DNA from: the human T2T-CHM13v2.0 reference genome, Homo sapiens
Assembly: GCF_009914755.1 (NCBI RefSeq)
Contig: NC_060940.1
DNA: 64,000 bases
Direction: 5' to 3' (one strand)
The notes beneath the pieces are model-generated. The model was not told the origin of the DNA and made no database searches. It worked only from the letters and a program-made list of their open reading frames with translations. Position 1 is the first letter of the stretch. Each line of letters starts with the position of its first letter. A program made the position numbers and the translations under genes. Below, piece by piece: positions 29,629 to 48,671 of this stretch.

Positions 29629-29798
29629 CCCATTTAATGGTTTTCTTACTGACTTTACTAACCAGTGCTGCTTGATCCTGAAAGCATAATAGCAGAACAT
29701 GGGGAACTTTTAGAGACATTCATGTCCACTTAGGTGCAGACAGTTTGGGGGAAGAAGTGTGTGTGTAGAGAGAAAATGAAGAATGATTAAGACAATAA

Positions 29799-30309
<511 letters not shown>

Positions 30310-30333
30310 TAAGCTTTCATTTTAAATATGTTC

Positions 30334-30795
30334 AGCCGGGCACAGTGGCTCACGCCTGTAATCCCAGCACTTTGGGAGGCCAAGGTAGGCAGATCACTTG
30401 AGGTCAGGAGTTTGAGACCAGGCTGGCCAACATGGCGAAAACCCATCTCTACTAAACATACAACAATTAGCCAGGCGTGGTGGCATGCGCCTGTAATCCC
30501 AGCTACTTAGGAGGCTGAGGCATGAGAATTACTTGAACCTGGGAGGCGGAGATTGCAGTGAGCTGAGATTGCGCCACTGCGCTCCAGCCTGGGTGACAGA
30601 GCAAGACTCTGTCTCAAAAAAAAAAAAAAAAATTAGCTGGGGGTGGTGACACACCTGTAATCCCAGCCACTCAGGAGGCTGAGACAGAAGGATCACATGA
30701 GCCTGGGAGATTGAGACTGTTGTGAGCCATGGTTGTACCACTGCAGTCCAGCCTGGATGACATAGGAAGACCCCATCTCCAAAAATAAAAAAAAG
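30334..30795 (+). mobile_element. Full-length Alu (30334-30632) followed by an Alu right-arm fragment (30633-30795)
   Basis: gccgggcacagtggctcacgcctgtaatcccag...A17. Then ttagctgggggtggtgacacacctgtaatcccagcc...ccccatctccaaaaataaaaaaaa. Confidence 0.85.
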
Positions 30796-30865
30796 CCAGC
30801 TCTTCCTTTGAGCCCCAGTTTCAGTTCAAAGGGCCTTCTCTAACTTCTCCTTCATCTGAACTCCT

Positions 30866-31161
30866 GAGACAGGGTCTTGCTCTGCTGCCCAGGCTGAAGT
30901 GCAGTGGTGCAGTCATAGCTCACTGAAGCCTTAACCTCCTGGGCTCAAGTGATCCTCCCACCTCAGCCTCCCGAGTAGCTGGGACTACAGGTGTGCGCCG
31001 CCACCATGCCTGGCTACACTTTTTTTTTTTTTTTTTTTTTTTTAGAGATGGGATCTTGCTATGTTGCCCAGGCTGGTTCTTGAATGTCTGAGGTCAAGCA
31101 ATCCTCCTACCTCAGTCTCCCAAAGTTCTGGGATGACAGGTGTGAGCCACTGTGCCCGGCC
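30866..31161 (-). mobile_element. Alu (reverse orientation) with an expanded internal T-rich linker
   Basis: gagacagggtcttgctctgctgcccaggctgaagtgcagtgg...T26...tgggatgacaggtgtgagccactgtgcccggcc. Confidence 0.8.
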
Positions 31162-31284
31162 TCCACCCCAGTCTTATTTCAGGACATACAGAGATGGATG
31201 TTGTGGACCCGCCTCCAGAGCATCAGGCTTGGCCCTGGGGTCACAGCACTGATGGTTCTGTGTCTCCACCTTCTTCCCCACTAG

Positions 31285-31408
31285 GACATCACACCCCTGC
31301 AGGTGGTTCTGCCCAACACTGCCCTCCATCTAAAGGCGCTGCTTGATTTTGAGGATAAAGATGGAGACAAGGTGGTGGCAGGAGATGAGTGGCTTTTCGA
31401 GGGACCTG
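31285..31408 (+). CDS. MVP: MVP coding exon [41 protein letters not shown](G)
   Basis: Acceptor ccccactag|GACATC. Donor CCTG|gtaagt. Confidence 0.9.
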
Positions 31409-31486
31409 GTAAGTTCTGTCTCCATAGGGCTCCCTGCCTTCCTGTCATAGCCCTGATACCTTCTGACCATCACCTTCCCTCCCCAG

Positions 31487-32556
<1,070 letters not shown>

Positions 32557-32795
32557 CATTCCCACTTTCTATATATCAAAACTGGGATGCAGAATGCAGG
32601 TTGCTTGCCCTGGGGTGTGGCCAGGCAGGGCGAGGCTGGGACCTGCATCCAGGCACTCTGGCTTCTCCAGTAAACCAAAGGACATCCACAACTCTAACAG
32701 AGGCAGTTCTGCTGCCTGTTTTAGCAGAAGGACAAAAGTTGGTCTTTGGAGCTTAGAGAAGGCAGAACAGGCTGTTGGCATAGCAGCAACTTGGG

Positions 32796-33054
32796 CATCT
32801 TAGGAGGCCAAGGTGGGCGGATCACTTGAGGCCAGGAGTTCCAGACTAGCTTGGGCAACATGGTGAAACACCATCTCTACAAAAAATACAAATATTAGCC
32901 GGGCGTGGTGGCACGTGCCTGTAATCCCAGCTACTCAGGAGGCTGAGGCATGAGAATAACTTGAATCCAGGAGGCTGAGGTTGCAGTGAGCTGAGATCAC
33001 AGCCTGGGCAACAGAGGGAGACTCCGTCTCAAAAAAAAAAAAAAAAAAAAAAAA
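32796..33054 (+). mobile_element. Alu (5'-truncated)
   Basis: cttgggcatcttaggaggccaaggtgggcggatcacttgagg...gagactccgtctc A24. Confidence 0.85.
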
Positions 33055-33252
33055 CTTTTAAAATTCAACTGGGGTGGGGGTTTGGCCTCAAAAGAATGAA
33101 TAAGAGGACCGCAGTCAGGAACTTGAGCCTGGGGTCAGTGCTATCTTTTTGCCTATGAAATCTGTCAATCCCCTGTGTCTAAGCTGTGGGGGAGGGGTAG
33201 GTGGGGAGCAGGCTGGGGGGCCCTTGTCCCTTACCCTCCACTCTTGGCCCAG

Positions 33253-33347
33253 GGGAAGAATGGCTGGTCACCACAGTAGGGGCGTACCTCCCAGCGGTGT
33301 TTGAGGAGGTTCTGGATTTGGTGGACGCCGTCATCCTTACGGAAAAG
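33253..33347 (+). CDS. MVP: MVP coding exon (G)[31 protein letters not shown]
   Basis: Acceptor ttggcccag|GGGAAG. Donor AAG|gttggt. Confidence 0.9.
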
Positions 33348-33532
33348 GTTGGTGCTCTGGGGGCTGTGGTTTAAGGGACCTGGGGCTAGGGAACCCTCCG
33401 AGTGGCAGAGAATGGTGGTAGAATGGCATGAGAGTAAAAGAGAAGCAATAATTTTAGGGTCACTTAAAAAAATTCAGAGATCAGATTGCCTGAGTATTCT
33501 GGATCATCTGAAGGGTTAAATAGTCTTTCTGG

Positions 33533-34144
<612 letters not shown>

Positions 34145-34273
34145 CAATCCCTGGATTGGTAGAAATTGTCTCTGAGATCTGGGAGCATTGGGAGCATTTG
34201 GTGGCCAATGGGGCTCGCAGATCCCCTGAAGTTGGAGGCAGGTCACTCAAATACCCAACATGTTGCTCTGCAG

Positions 34274-34510
34274 ACAGCCCTGCACCTCCGGGCTCGGCGG
34301 AACTTCCGGGACTTCAGGGGAGTGTCCCGCCGCACTGGGGAGGAGTGGCTGGTAACAGTGCAGGACACAGAGGCCCACGTGCCAGATGTCCACGAGGAGG
34401 TGCTGGGGGTTGTGCCCATCACCACCCTGGGCCCCCACAACTACTGCGTGATTCTCGACCCTGTCGGACCGGATGGCAAGAATCAGCTGGGGCAGAAGCG
34501 CGTGGTCAAG
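34274..34510 (+). CDS. MVP: MVP coding exon (79 codons, [79 protein letters not shown])
   Basis: Acceptor gctctgcag|ACAGCC. Donor AAG|gtgagg. Confidence 0.9.
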
Positions 34511-35024
34511 GTGAGGTCCCTACACCCCCACAGAGGACTGCCCTGGGAGATGTATGTCCTCTAGTGGCATGAGGCCCTCTGCCTTCTCTCCTCCAGACGC
34601 ACGTTCTAGGAACACCTTCTGTGCCTTTGCATGCTTAGTTCTTACACGCCTGAGACACTGGCCCATTTGATTCCTGGCAGCCTCTGACTTACCCCTCAGA
34701 CCTGAAGTTAATTCCCCTTCTGGGAAGGCCTCCTGGCTACCCGCTGCCTGAGACTCTGAAACTCTGATACAGTCATGCGCCACTTAATGATGGGGATACA
34801 TTCTGAGAAATAGTCCTTAGATGATTTTGTCTTTGTGCAAAAGAGTGCACTTATGCAAACCTAGATGGCACCTAGTCTAGATGGCGTAGCCTGCCCCTAG
34901 GCTGCCAACCTGTGCAGCATGTGACTGTCCTGAATACTGCAGGCAGCTGAACACAATGGCAAGTACTTGTGTATCTAGCCATAGAAAAGGTAAGGTAAAA
35001 ATACAATATAAAAGCTTCGTTATA

Positions 35025-35315
35025 GGCCAGCACAGTGGCTCATACGTGTAATCCCAGCACTTTGGGAGGCCGAGGCAGGTGGATCACTTGAGGTCAGGAG
35101 TTCGAGACTAGCCTGGCCAACGTGGGGAAACCCTGTCTCTACTAAAAATACAAAAATTAGCCGGGTGTGGTGGCACGCACCTGTAATTCCAGTTACTCGG
35201 GAGGCTGAGGCACGAGAATCACTTGAACCCTGGAGATCAAGCCTGTGGTGAGCCGAGATCGTGCCACTGCACTCTAGCCTGGGCGATAGAGTGAGACTCT
35301 CAGAAAAAAAAAAAA
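35025..35315 (+). mobile_element. Alu
   Basis: ggccagcacagtggctcatacgtgtaatcccagcactttgggaggccgagg...gagactctcagaaaaaaaaaaaa. Confidence 0.9.
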
Positions 35316-35703
35316 TCTCCATTATAATCTTACGGGACCACCATGTGCAGTCTGTAATGGACTGAACTATCATGCAGTGACTATATTTCACATCTTTAAT
35401 ATCCTGGTGTTCACTTTGCTTTGTCATCTTTTGTAAAATAAACCTCTTGGTTTACCCTCTCCCACCCCCTACTTCATCCCCTCTCTGAACTATATGTGGG
35501 AATACCAGCAGTTGCCAAACTCATTCTGTAAAGGGGGCTGGATGGTAGATACTCCAGGCTCCGTGAGTCATTGTTTCTGTGGAAGTTCTTCAACTCTGCT
35601 GTTATGTCAGGAAAGCAGCTTGGGCACTACGTAAACAAGTGAGTACTGCCATGCTCCTGGAATAGTTTATCTGCAAAAACAGGAGGCAGAAAAAGTAGAA
35701 ATA

Positions 35704-36395
<692 letters not shown>

Positions 36396-36453
36396 TAATG
36401 ACATACGTGCTACAACATGGATAAAATTGAAAATGTTATGCTAAGTGAAAGAA

Positions 36454-36760
<307 letters not shown>

Positions 36761-37040
36761 GCCAGACATCAAAGACCACATATTGCATGATTCCATTTAT
36801 GTGAAATGTCCAGAATAGGTAAACACATAAAGAAAATAGACTAGTGGTGGGTGGGGTAGGTGGGGAGTGGCAGTAACTTCTAGGTACAGGATTTCTTTTC
36901 AGGGTGATGACGAAAATACTCTAGACTTAACATAGTAGTGATGGTTGGACAACTTTGAGTATACTAAAACAACTGAATTGTGAATTGTATACTCTAGATG
37001 GGAAAATTTCATATGTGGATTATATCTCAAAATTTTTTTA

Positions 37041-37419
<379 letters not shown>

Positions 37420-37729
37420 CTAGAAAACAAAGCCTGGGAGAAAGAAGAAAAAACAGGTTGATTTTTAATGGTTTAGCTTGCGTGGATCCAGGTCCTGACA
37501 GTTATGGAATCTTTCAAGGACACATTTGACCAGATGAGATTTGGCAGGCGTTTGTGTAGAGCCTCACAGTCCAGACAGTGCCTCACCGTATTATGATGTG
37601 GGGGTGGGGGCGGGCTTCTGGTGCTCTTGTCCTCCACACAGGCCTGAAACAGCACAGGACTGGGGAGGTACCATTGGAAGCACCCGCAACCCTAAAGGCA
37701 CTGACCCTAACCTCACGTCTCCCCACTAG

Positions 37730-38011
37730 GGAGAGAAGTCTTTTTTCCTCCAGCCAGGAGAGCAGCTGGAACAAGGCATCCAGGATGTGTATGTGCTGTC
37801 GGAGCAGCAGGGGCTGCTGCTGAGGGCCCTGCAGCCCCTGGAGGAGGGGGAGGATGAGGAGAAGGTCTCACACCAGGCTGGGGACCACTGGCTCATCCGC
37901 GGACCCCTGGAGTATGTGCCATCTGCCAAAGTGGAGGTGGTGGAGGAGCGCCAGGCCATCCCTCTAGACGAGAACGAGGGCATCTATGTGCAGGATGTCA
38001 AGACCGGAAAG
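37730..38011 (+). CDS. MVP: MVP coding exon (94 codons [94 protein letters not shown])
   Basis: Acceptor ccccactag|GGAGAG. Donor AAAG|gtaatg. Confidence 0.9.
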
Positions 38012-38210
38012 GTAATGGCTGGGAGTGAGCAGCAGTGCTGCCACGTGGCCTTGGCCTTGGTGGCGGCTTCCTCTGGGTGTGTGGAAGAGGTGGGCAGGGA
38101 CTTCAGCAGCATGGAGAGCCATATCAGGTGGGCTGTCTGGTTGGGGGAGGGCACTACGTGGAGTGTTTGCCATCCTTCTGCCTTAAATGTCTCATTTGAA
38201 ATGTTAGAAC

Positions 38211-38497
38211 CAACCAGGTGCGGTAGCTCACATCTGTAATCTCAGCACTTTGGGAGGCCGAGGCGGGCGGATCACCTGAGGTCAGGAGTTCAAGACTAGC
38301 CTGGCCAACATGGGAAACCCTGTCTCTACTAAAAGTACAAACATTAGTCAGGCGTGGTGGTGGTCTGAGTAGTCCCAGATACTTGGGAGGCTGAGACAGG
38401 AGAATTGCTTGAACTGGGAAGCGGAGGTTGCAGTGAGCCGAGATCACACCACTGCACTTCAGCCAGGGTGACAGAGTGAGACTCTGTCAAAAAAAAA
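38211..38497 (+). mobile_element. Alu, 200 bp downstream of an MVP exon
   Basis: ccaggtgcggtagctcacatctgtaatctcagcactttgggaggccgaggcgggcgg...gactctgtc A9. Confidence 0.9.
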
Positions 38498-39147
38498 TAT
38501 TAGCATGTCCACTGAGAGGACAAGTGGGGGTTTAGGACAGGGACCCTTTCCCACAGCAGACCTGGTTTCCAGCATAAAGGTCTGATGGGGTGGCCAGGGA
38601 ACAGGAAGGACCTCCTCCCTCATGCCCATATCCCGGTGGAATCTTTCATTTTTTTCTGCTTCACCTAAAACCTTGACCTTGATTTGACCTCGGGCCACAT
38701 CTCCAACCTTCTCTAAGAATCCAAGCTGGAAGTCCAGCTTGGAATCCGAGGGAGCATCCGTGTACACAGCCTACTTCACCATCCCCGAGGTGCCCTCCAA
38801 ACTGCCCCATGAAGGAAGATTCTAGAAATAACATTGAGCACCTTCTCTATGCCAAGAGCTGTTTGAGCTAGACATGTGAAGATGTCATTCACCCCTAGAC
38901 CCTGCAAGGTAGCCACCGTCAAGTCCACTTGACACATGAGGAAACTGAAGCCCAAGGGGTGAGGTAGTTAGCCCACGATGACAGGGCCAGCAGATGGCAA
39001 ACCCGGGGTGGAGCCTGGCCTCCCCGTAGAGAAGGTGTTTAACCTCGTGGCGCGCCTTCCCTGGATGGGCTCTGCTTTGGGACAGCTGGGTGGATCTTCC
39101 TCCCTTCCACCCTTACGGGCAGCTTCCCTCCCTGTCCTCGTCCCAAG

Positions 39148-39392
39148 GTGCGCGCTGTGATTGGAAGCACCTACATGCTGACCCAGGACGAAGTCCTGTG
39201 GGAGAAAGAGCTGCCTCCCGGGGTGGAGGAGCTGCTGAACAAGGGGCAGGACCCTCTGGCAGACAGGGGTGAGAAGGACACAGCTAAGAGCCTCCAGCCC
39301 TTGGCGCCCCGGAACAAGACCCGTGTGGTCAGCTACCGCGTGCCCCACAACGCTGCGGTGCAGGTGTACGACTACCGAGAGAAGCGAGCCCG
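39148..39392 (+). CDS. MVP: MVP coding exon [81 protein letters not shown](R)
   Basis: Acceptor tcccaag|GTGCGC. Donor CCCG|gtgagt. Confidence 0.9.
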
Positions 39393-39466
39393 GTGAGTGC
39401 TGGCAGCGCAGGGTGTAGGGGGTGGCTCTCCATGGGTCTGGCTCTGACCCTCGGCTGTCTCTGCAG

Positions 39467-39664
39467 CGTGGTCTTCGGGCCTGAGCTGGTGTCGCTGGGT
39501 CCTGAGGAGCAGTTCACAGTGTTGTCCCTCTCAGCTGGGCGGCCCAAGCGTCCCCATGCCCGCCGTGCGCTCTGCCTGCTGCTGGGGCCTGACTTCTTCA
39601 CAGACGTCATCACCATCGAAACGGCGGATCATGCCAGGCTGCAACTGCAGCTGGCCTACAACTG
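39467..39664 (+). CDS. MVP: MVP coding exon (R)[65 protein letters not shown](W)
   Basis: Acceptor tctctgcag|CGTGGT. Donor AACTG|gtaaaa. Confidence 0.9.
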
Positions 39665-39693
39665 GTAAAAATGGGGACAGGGCATGGGGGTGC

Positions 39694-39822
39694 ATTCCTG
39701 GAATCCCAGCACTTTGGGAGGCTGAGGTGGGAGGATCACTTGAGCCTAGGAGGTCCAGGCTGCAGTGAGCCTTGATGGCCCCACTATACTCCAGCCTGGG
39801 TGACAGAGCAAGACCCTGTTTC
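39694..39822 (+). mobile_element. Alu fragment (fused left and right pieces) beginning 30 bp after an MVP exon donor
   Basis: ggtgcattcctggaatcccagcactttgggaggctgagg...ccactatactccagcctgggtgacagagcaagaccctgtttc. Confidence 0.75.
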
Positions 39823-39825
39823 TTT

Positions 39826-40156
<331 letters not shown>

Positions 40157-40761
40157 AACCCTGTTTCAAAACAAAAAAAACAAACCGGGTGGCAAGCAGT
40201 GGGTGAGGGTTCCTGCTGGGTGCAGCCTAGGAACCCCAAGAAAAGGAGGGTCCTGCTCAAGTGCTGGTGCTGGGCTCCTCATGAAGGCAGGACACCTCAT
40301 TCAGTGCTGAGGTCAAGAGGGAACCTAGGAGTTCACGCAAATCCAGGGAAGGCGTGGGCTCACCTCCTGGGGTCAGGACTCAGGGATCCAGTAGCAGGAC
40401 ACTACCCCAACTAAGCTCCCAGTGAGCGTGCAGCCAAATGCGTAACTGTCGGGCTGTTAAAAGATGCATGGGACACAGCTGGCGGGAGTGGGCAGTGCAA
40501 GGGGGCGGTGAGAACTCAAGTTCAGAAACTGACTGCCCTGGCCTGCGCCCCCGCCCTGCTGTTTGCAGCCTGTGGACCTGGGGAAGGGACAGGGTGCTTT
40601 CCTCAGTTTCCCCATCTGTAACATGAGGAAGACAGCATTTTCTCCTTCACAAGGCCATTGAAAAGATGCAATGAGTGTTAGAACAGTGCCTCTATTGGTC
40701 AGAGCTCAATAGCAGCTATTAGGATTGGGTGAGATAAGTCATGTACAGAAACAGTGTTCAT

Positions 40762-41960
<1,199 letters not shown>

Positions 41961-42343
41961 TTAGCTGAGAGCAGCCAGTGCCCTGATGGCGGCAGACAGC
42001 TGCCGACATATTCCCAGGGCTGCCGACATATTCCCAGGCACTACAACATCATAGTTAAGAGCACAGGCCCCAGAAGCAGCTGCCTGGTTCAGCTTTCTGG
42101 CTTGTCACATGTTATATGGCAAGTCTTGGGCCAGCCACTTGACTTCCCTGGACCTCTACTTCCTCATCTGTAAAATGGGGGTGGTGATCATTGCCATCTC
42201 ATAGGGTGGCTGAGTGGGATTAAAGGAGAACGTGTGTTAAGTTTTTAGGACCTTACCAGGCATACATTAGCATTCTCTATTGCGAGAGACCCTGCCCGGC
42301 CACACAGGATGGGTGTTGAAGTTCTTCTCGGAGAGAGTTGCTG

Positions 42344-42461
42344 GCTGGGCGTGATCACACATGTAGTCCCAGCACTTTGGGAGGCTGAGGTTGGGGGGTT
42401 GCCTGAGCCCAGGAGTTCAAGACCAGCCTGGACAACATGGCAAGACCTTGTCTCTTCTAAA
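42344..42461 (+). mobile_element. Alu left-monomer fragment ending ~50 bp upstream of an MVP exon acceptor
   Basis: ggctgggcgtgatcacacatgtagtcccagcactttgggaggctgagg...cctggacaacatggcaagaccttgtctc. Confidence 0.8.
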
Positions 42462-42514
42462 GAGAGATTCCTGGGTGAAAGCAGCTTCCCCATTCTGGGC
42501 CTGTTTGTTCACAG

Positions 42515-42901
42515 GCACTTTGAGGTGAATGACCGGAAGGACCCCCAAGAGACGGCCAAGCTCTTTTCAGTGCCAGACTTTGTAGGTGATGCCTGCAAAG
42601 CCATCGCATCCCGGGTGCGGGGGGCCGTGGCCTCTGTCACTTTCGATGACTTCCATAAGAACTCAGCCCGCATCATTCGCACTGCTGTCTTTGGCTTTGA
42701 GACCTCGGAAGCGAAGGGCCCCGATGGCATGGCCCTGCCCAGGCCCCGGGACCAGGCTGTCTTCCCCCAAAACGGGCTGGTGGTCAGCAGTGTGGACGTG
42801 CAGTCAGTGGAGCCTGTGGATCAGAGGACCCGGGACGCCCTGCAACGCAGCGTCCAGCTGGCCATCGAGATCACCACCAACTCCCAGGAAGCGGCGGCCA
42901 A
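42515..42901 (+). CDS. MVP: MVP coding exon (W)[128 protein letters not shown](K)
   Basis: Acceptor gtttgttcacag|GCACTT. Donor GCCAA|gtaagt. Confidence 0.9.
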
Positions 42902-43037
42902 GTAAGTGAGGCTGGGAGCTCGGCTGCCTATAATGCCCATGGCAGGCCACTGCTGGGAACTGGATAACCTGGCATCCCTTGTGGACTGCCTGCTGCCATC
43001 CCTACCCTCAAAGATCTATTCCCTACCCAACAGATCA

Positions 43038-43238
<201 letters not shown>

Positions 43239-43885
43239 GCACGTATCAGATGTGGCTCCTGCAGCCTCCCATCTTGCATGTGATAAAACCTAAACTCCTT
43301 CCTGCAGCTCCAGCCGGCCTCCCCCGATTTGCCTTCTAGCCTCCCCCTTCCATGCTCCTCGTCCCTGGAACATGTTCCAGCTGACATGTTCCAGCCCCAC
43401 TGGCTTCCTCTGCTCCTTCAATGCACAGCTTGGACCCACCTGAAGGCCTTTTGCAATGGCTATTCCTGCTGCCCAGAAAGCTTCCCCCCGCCCCTGAGCT
43501 CCCTTCCAGGCAGGCTTCTCCTTCTGGCTTCAGCCCAAAGATCCCCTCCTTGGGGAACACTTTTCTTTCTCTCACAGCTGAATAGCACCCTCTTTGCCTG
43601 GTCTCTCCCACACTTGTCACTGTCTGAAATCCTCCTTGTATACTTGTTCTTTTCCCACTCAAGTGGCGTGAAAGTAGGGGGCCGCAGTCACGCCTGCATT
43701 TGTCCGGCCTAGAATGACACTGGCTTGTGGCGCGTATACCATTCTGGGTTGAGTTGCGTATTGGGTGCCTTCTAGGGGCTGGGGTCTGTCCTGGGCACCG
43801 GTTTGGTTGGTGGCCGCTGCCCTTGGCGCTCCTGTTCCTGCTCTGGCCCCATGCCAGCCTCTCACCTGCGCTCCGTCTCCTCCAG

Positions 43886-44002
43886 GCATGAGGCTCAGAG
43901 ACTGGAGCAGGAAGCCCGCGGCCGGCTTGAGCGGCAGAAGATCCTGGACCAGTCAGAAGCCGAGAAAGCTCGCAAGGAACTTTTGGAGCTGGAGGCTCTG
44001 AG
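43886..44002 (+). CDS. MVP: MVP coding exon (K)[38 protein letters not shown](S)
   Basis: Acceptor tctcctccag|GCATGA. Donor CTGAG|gtgggt. Confidence 0.9.
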
Positions 44003-44180
44003 GTGGGTTGAGAACTAAAGGAGGAGACTGGCAGGGGCCGAGGGTCTTAGGACAGCAGCTGGTGTGGGCAGCAGGCCTGGGTGGGGTGTCGATGAGACAG
44101 TGCACGGCTACAGCATAAGCCAAGGCCGTGGGGGGACTGGGCTGTCTCCCGGGTCTTACCTGACTCTGCCTTCTCCCCAG

Positions 44181-44307
44181 CATGGCCGTGGAGAGCACCG
44201 GGACTGCCAAGGCGGAGGCCGAGTCCCGTGCGGAGGCAGCCCGGATTGAGGGAGAAGGGTCCGTGCTGCAGGCCAAGCTAAAAGCACAGGCCTTGGCCAT
44301 TGAAACG
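44181..44307 (+). CDS. MVP: MVP coding exon (S)[42 protein letters not shown]
   Basis: Acceptor ttctccccag|CATGGC. Donor ACG|gtgagt. Confidence 0.9.
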
Positions 44308-44598
44308 GTGAGTGGGGGGAGGCATTAAGAAGAGGGTGGCCTTGAGTCCTGGAAAAGGCCCATTCCCTACAGTCCCTGAGACTGTATAGGACACCAGGTC
44401 CCCCAACATAAAGCCCTATCCAAGTACTTTGCATTTGCAAAGTCCTTTGCCTTGTAGGATTCATTGACTCCATTGCTGGAAGGTAAGGATTAGAACACCC
44501 ATTTTGCAGCTGGGCGCTCATGCACTGGCCACCTTGGCACAAGTGCTGTGTATGCTTCATAGGCATTATCTTATTTAATGCTTGAAATCCCATTAAGA

Positions 44599-45195
44599 GG
44601 CCAGGTGCAGTGGCTCACGCCTGTAATCCTAGCACTTTGGGAGGCCGAGGCGGGTGGATCACCTGAGGTCAGGAGTTCAAGACCAGCTTGGCCAACATGG
44701 TGAAACCCCATCTCTACTGAAAATACAAAAAATTAGCTGGGTATGGTGGCATGTGTCTGTAACCCCAACTACTTGGTAGGCTGAGGCAGGAGAATTGCTT
44801 GAACCCAGGAGGTGTGGAGGCTGCGGTGAGCTGAGGTTGTGCCACTACACTCCAGCCTGGGCAACAAGAGTGAAACTCCATCTCAAAAATAAAGTAAATA
44901 AAAATAAATGTAAAAAGAGGCCTAGTGTGGTGCCTCAGGTCTCTAACCCCAGCACTTTGGAAAGCTGAGATGGGAGGATCATTTGAGGTCAGTTCGAGAC
45001 CAGTTCAAGACTAGCCTGGGCAACATAGCAAGACCTCATCTCTACAAAAACAAAATTTTTTAATTGACTGGGTGTGGTGGCACATGCCTGTAGTCCCAGC
45101 TACCCAGGAGGCTGAGGCAGGAGGATCCTTTGAGCCAGGAGTTCAAGGCTGCAGTGAGTCCTGATCTGCATTCCAGCCTGGGTCAAAAAATAAAG
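44599..45195 (+). mobile_element. Two Alus in direct tandem (44599-44908 and 44918-45195). The second one's A-rich tail ends ~20 bp before an MVP exon acceptor.
   Basis: ggccaggtgcagtggctcacgcctgtaatcctagc...tctcaaaaataaagtaaataaaaataaa. Then ggcctagtgtggtgcctcaggtctctaaccccagc...cctgggtcaaaaaataaag. Confidence 0.9.
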
Positions 45196-45204
45196 AATGA
45201 TTGA

Positions 45205-45519
<315 letters not shown>

Positions 45520-45784
45520 TGACCTGACCCACGATGCAGGGACATTCACACAGTGTCACGCTGCATCAACGTCAGGCACTGTACTAGACCCAGCAGTGAG
45601 CCAGAGCTCCGGAGGAGACAGGAAATGGATGGGACGCCAGTCTGACAGGCATTTCCAAGGCAGTCAAGCAGGGTGGTCAGATGCAGGGGAGGTGACCCTT
45701 CAAACCAGCTGACTTAAGGAGGGTCACTCTGAAGTGGCCAGGGTTTGACGCCCATCTCAACTTCCTCCTGTTCTCACCCTCCAG

Positions 45785-46012
45785 GTAAAACTGCTCCAGT
45801 CCCTGGGCCTGAAATCAACCCTCATCACCGATGGCTCCACTCCCATCAACCTCTTCAACACAGCCTTTGGGCTGCTGGGGATGGGGCCCGAGGGTCAGCC
45901 CCTGGGCAGAAGGGTGGCCAGTGGGCCCAGCCCTGGGGAGGGGATATCCCCCCAGTCTGCTCAGGCCCCTCAAGCTCCTGGAGACAACCACGTGGTGCCT
46001 GTACTGCGCTAA
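45785..46012 (+). CDS. MVP: MVP terminal coding exon ([75 protein letters not shown]); short 3'UTR to ~46060-46090
   Basis: Acceptor caccctccag|GTAAAA. Stop TAA 46010-46012. The 14 coding exons total 2682 nt, i.e. 893 aa, the known MVP length. Confidence 0.9.
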
Positions 46013-46075
46013 CTCCTGATTAATACAATGGAAGTTTCTGGGCATTTACAATTTCAACACTTTTCTCTTGTCTGA

Positions 46076-46429
<354 letters not shown>

Positions 46430-47050
46430 AACATCTTTAGATAGTTACAGGAGACTCTTCTCCTCCATAAAGGGGAGAGGACCCCGAGGCAGGGGAAGGA
46501 TGAGCTGGAAGTCACCCAGTAGGAATGTGGCCCCAAAGCCTTGTGCACTGGGCTTCCTAGAGCCCAGATAGGGGTGATGATGCCACGGGTGGGGGCATGG
46601 GGCCCACAATGGCAACATCTCACCACTGGTTCTCCAGGAGCCCAGCTGCCTGGTAGCTCTCAGCTGTTGCAGATGCAGCCCAGCTTCCCATTCGGGAGGC
46701 GCCCTCCAGCGCCACCTGCTGGAGCACCCACAGCACCAGCAGACGTGTCAGGCTTGCACCCGGTGCTGTGCGCTTGTCCCTTCCCAGGTGGGGGTGTCAG
46801 GTTGGGGAGGAGGACCCTGCCTAGGGCAGTAGGAATTGGGCATCTCCTTGAGCTTCCGGTCTGGGCTGTTTGGGAGCACTGAAGGAGGAGTGCCCTTATC
46901 CCACCTTCTCCCCCACAACCAGTATGGGGTCCTCATTTGAGAGAAGGATCCAGGTGCAGTCAGCCTGGGTGCACTAGCCCTTTGGGGCCAGGAACAGTTG
47001 TAGGTGCCAGGCCTGCCCCGTCTCTGCCGAGGAAGTAAAAAGATCCCAGG

Positions 47051-47367
47051 GGCCGAGTGCAAGAGCTTAGGCCTGTAACCCCAGCACCTTGGGAGGCCAA
47101 GGCACAAGGATCACTTGAGACTAGGAGTTCGAGACCAGCCTGGGCAACATAGCAAGACCCCCATCTCTACCAAAAAAAAAAAAAAAAAAGCAAAAGCCAG
47201 ATGTTATGGCATGCATCCGTGTTCCCAGCTACTCGGGGGGCTAAGGTGAGAGGATTGCCTAAGCCCAGAAGTTGGAGGCAGCAGTGAGCTATGATCATAC
47301 CACTGCAGTCCAGCCTGGGTGACAGAGGGAGACCCTGTCTCTATAAAAAAAAACAAAACAAACAAAA
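47051..47367 (+). mobile_element. Alu with an expanded middle A-tract
   Basis: gccgagtgcaagagcttaggcctgtaaccccagcaccttgggaggcc...A18...cagcctgggtgacagagggagaccctgtctctataaaaaaaaacaaaacaaacaaaa. Confidence 0.85.
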
Positions 47368-47812
47368 CCCTTAAAGCCTCCCTAACGCCCTCATTTTCAC
47401 CTTCCTGTAATATTGAGTGGAAAAAGCCCGATCCCCCCTTAAACCACCTCCCTCCCTCTCTGCCCTGCCCCTGACCGTTGCTGCAGGAGGAACACCCCAC
47501 GGAGCTGACTGATCTTATTTTAAACTCATGGGAACAAATTTTGAGGGAGGTGCAGCTTCTCTGACTGTGCTGCTCTGTCTTGTGTGCGATCCGCTTTGAG
47601 ACAACCATTCACACCACCTCTCCTCTCAGCCTCCTACACCCCTGCCCACTTTCTCTCACCTCTTTGAGAAAATAGAAGCAAATTGGGTAGGAAGGCCCTT
47701 CCCAGCAACAAACCTAACAAACTGCTGGCATCTAGACTCTGTCCTCCCTCCTCTTCCCACCCTGGGCTCCTCCCCTTGGGCTCTAGGAGAGAGGGCTGCA
47801 TTCCTTCACTGA

Positions 47813-48144
<332 letters not shown>

Positions 48145-48248
48145 TGATATACCATCAATTTCTTCTCTCCTGCATCATCATCATCAGGATATAGACATGT
48201 CTACTCTGTCCATATAAAACAACTCCCTTAACCCTATGAGCCCCTCTA

Positions 48249-48671
<423 letters not shown>
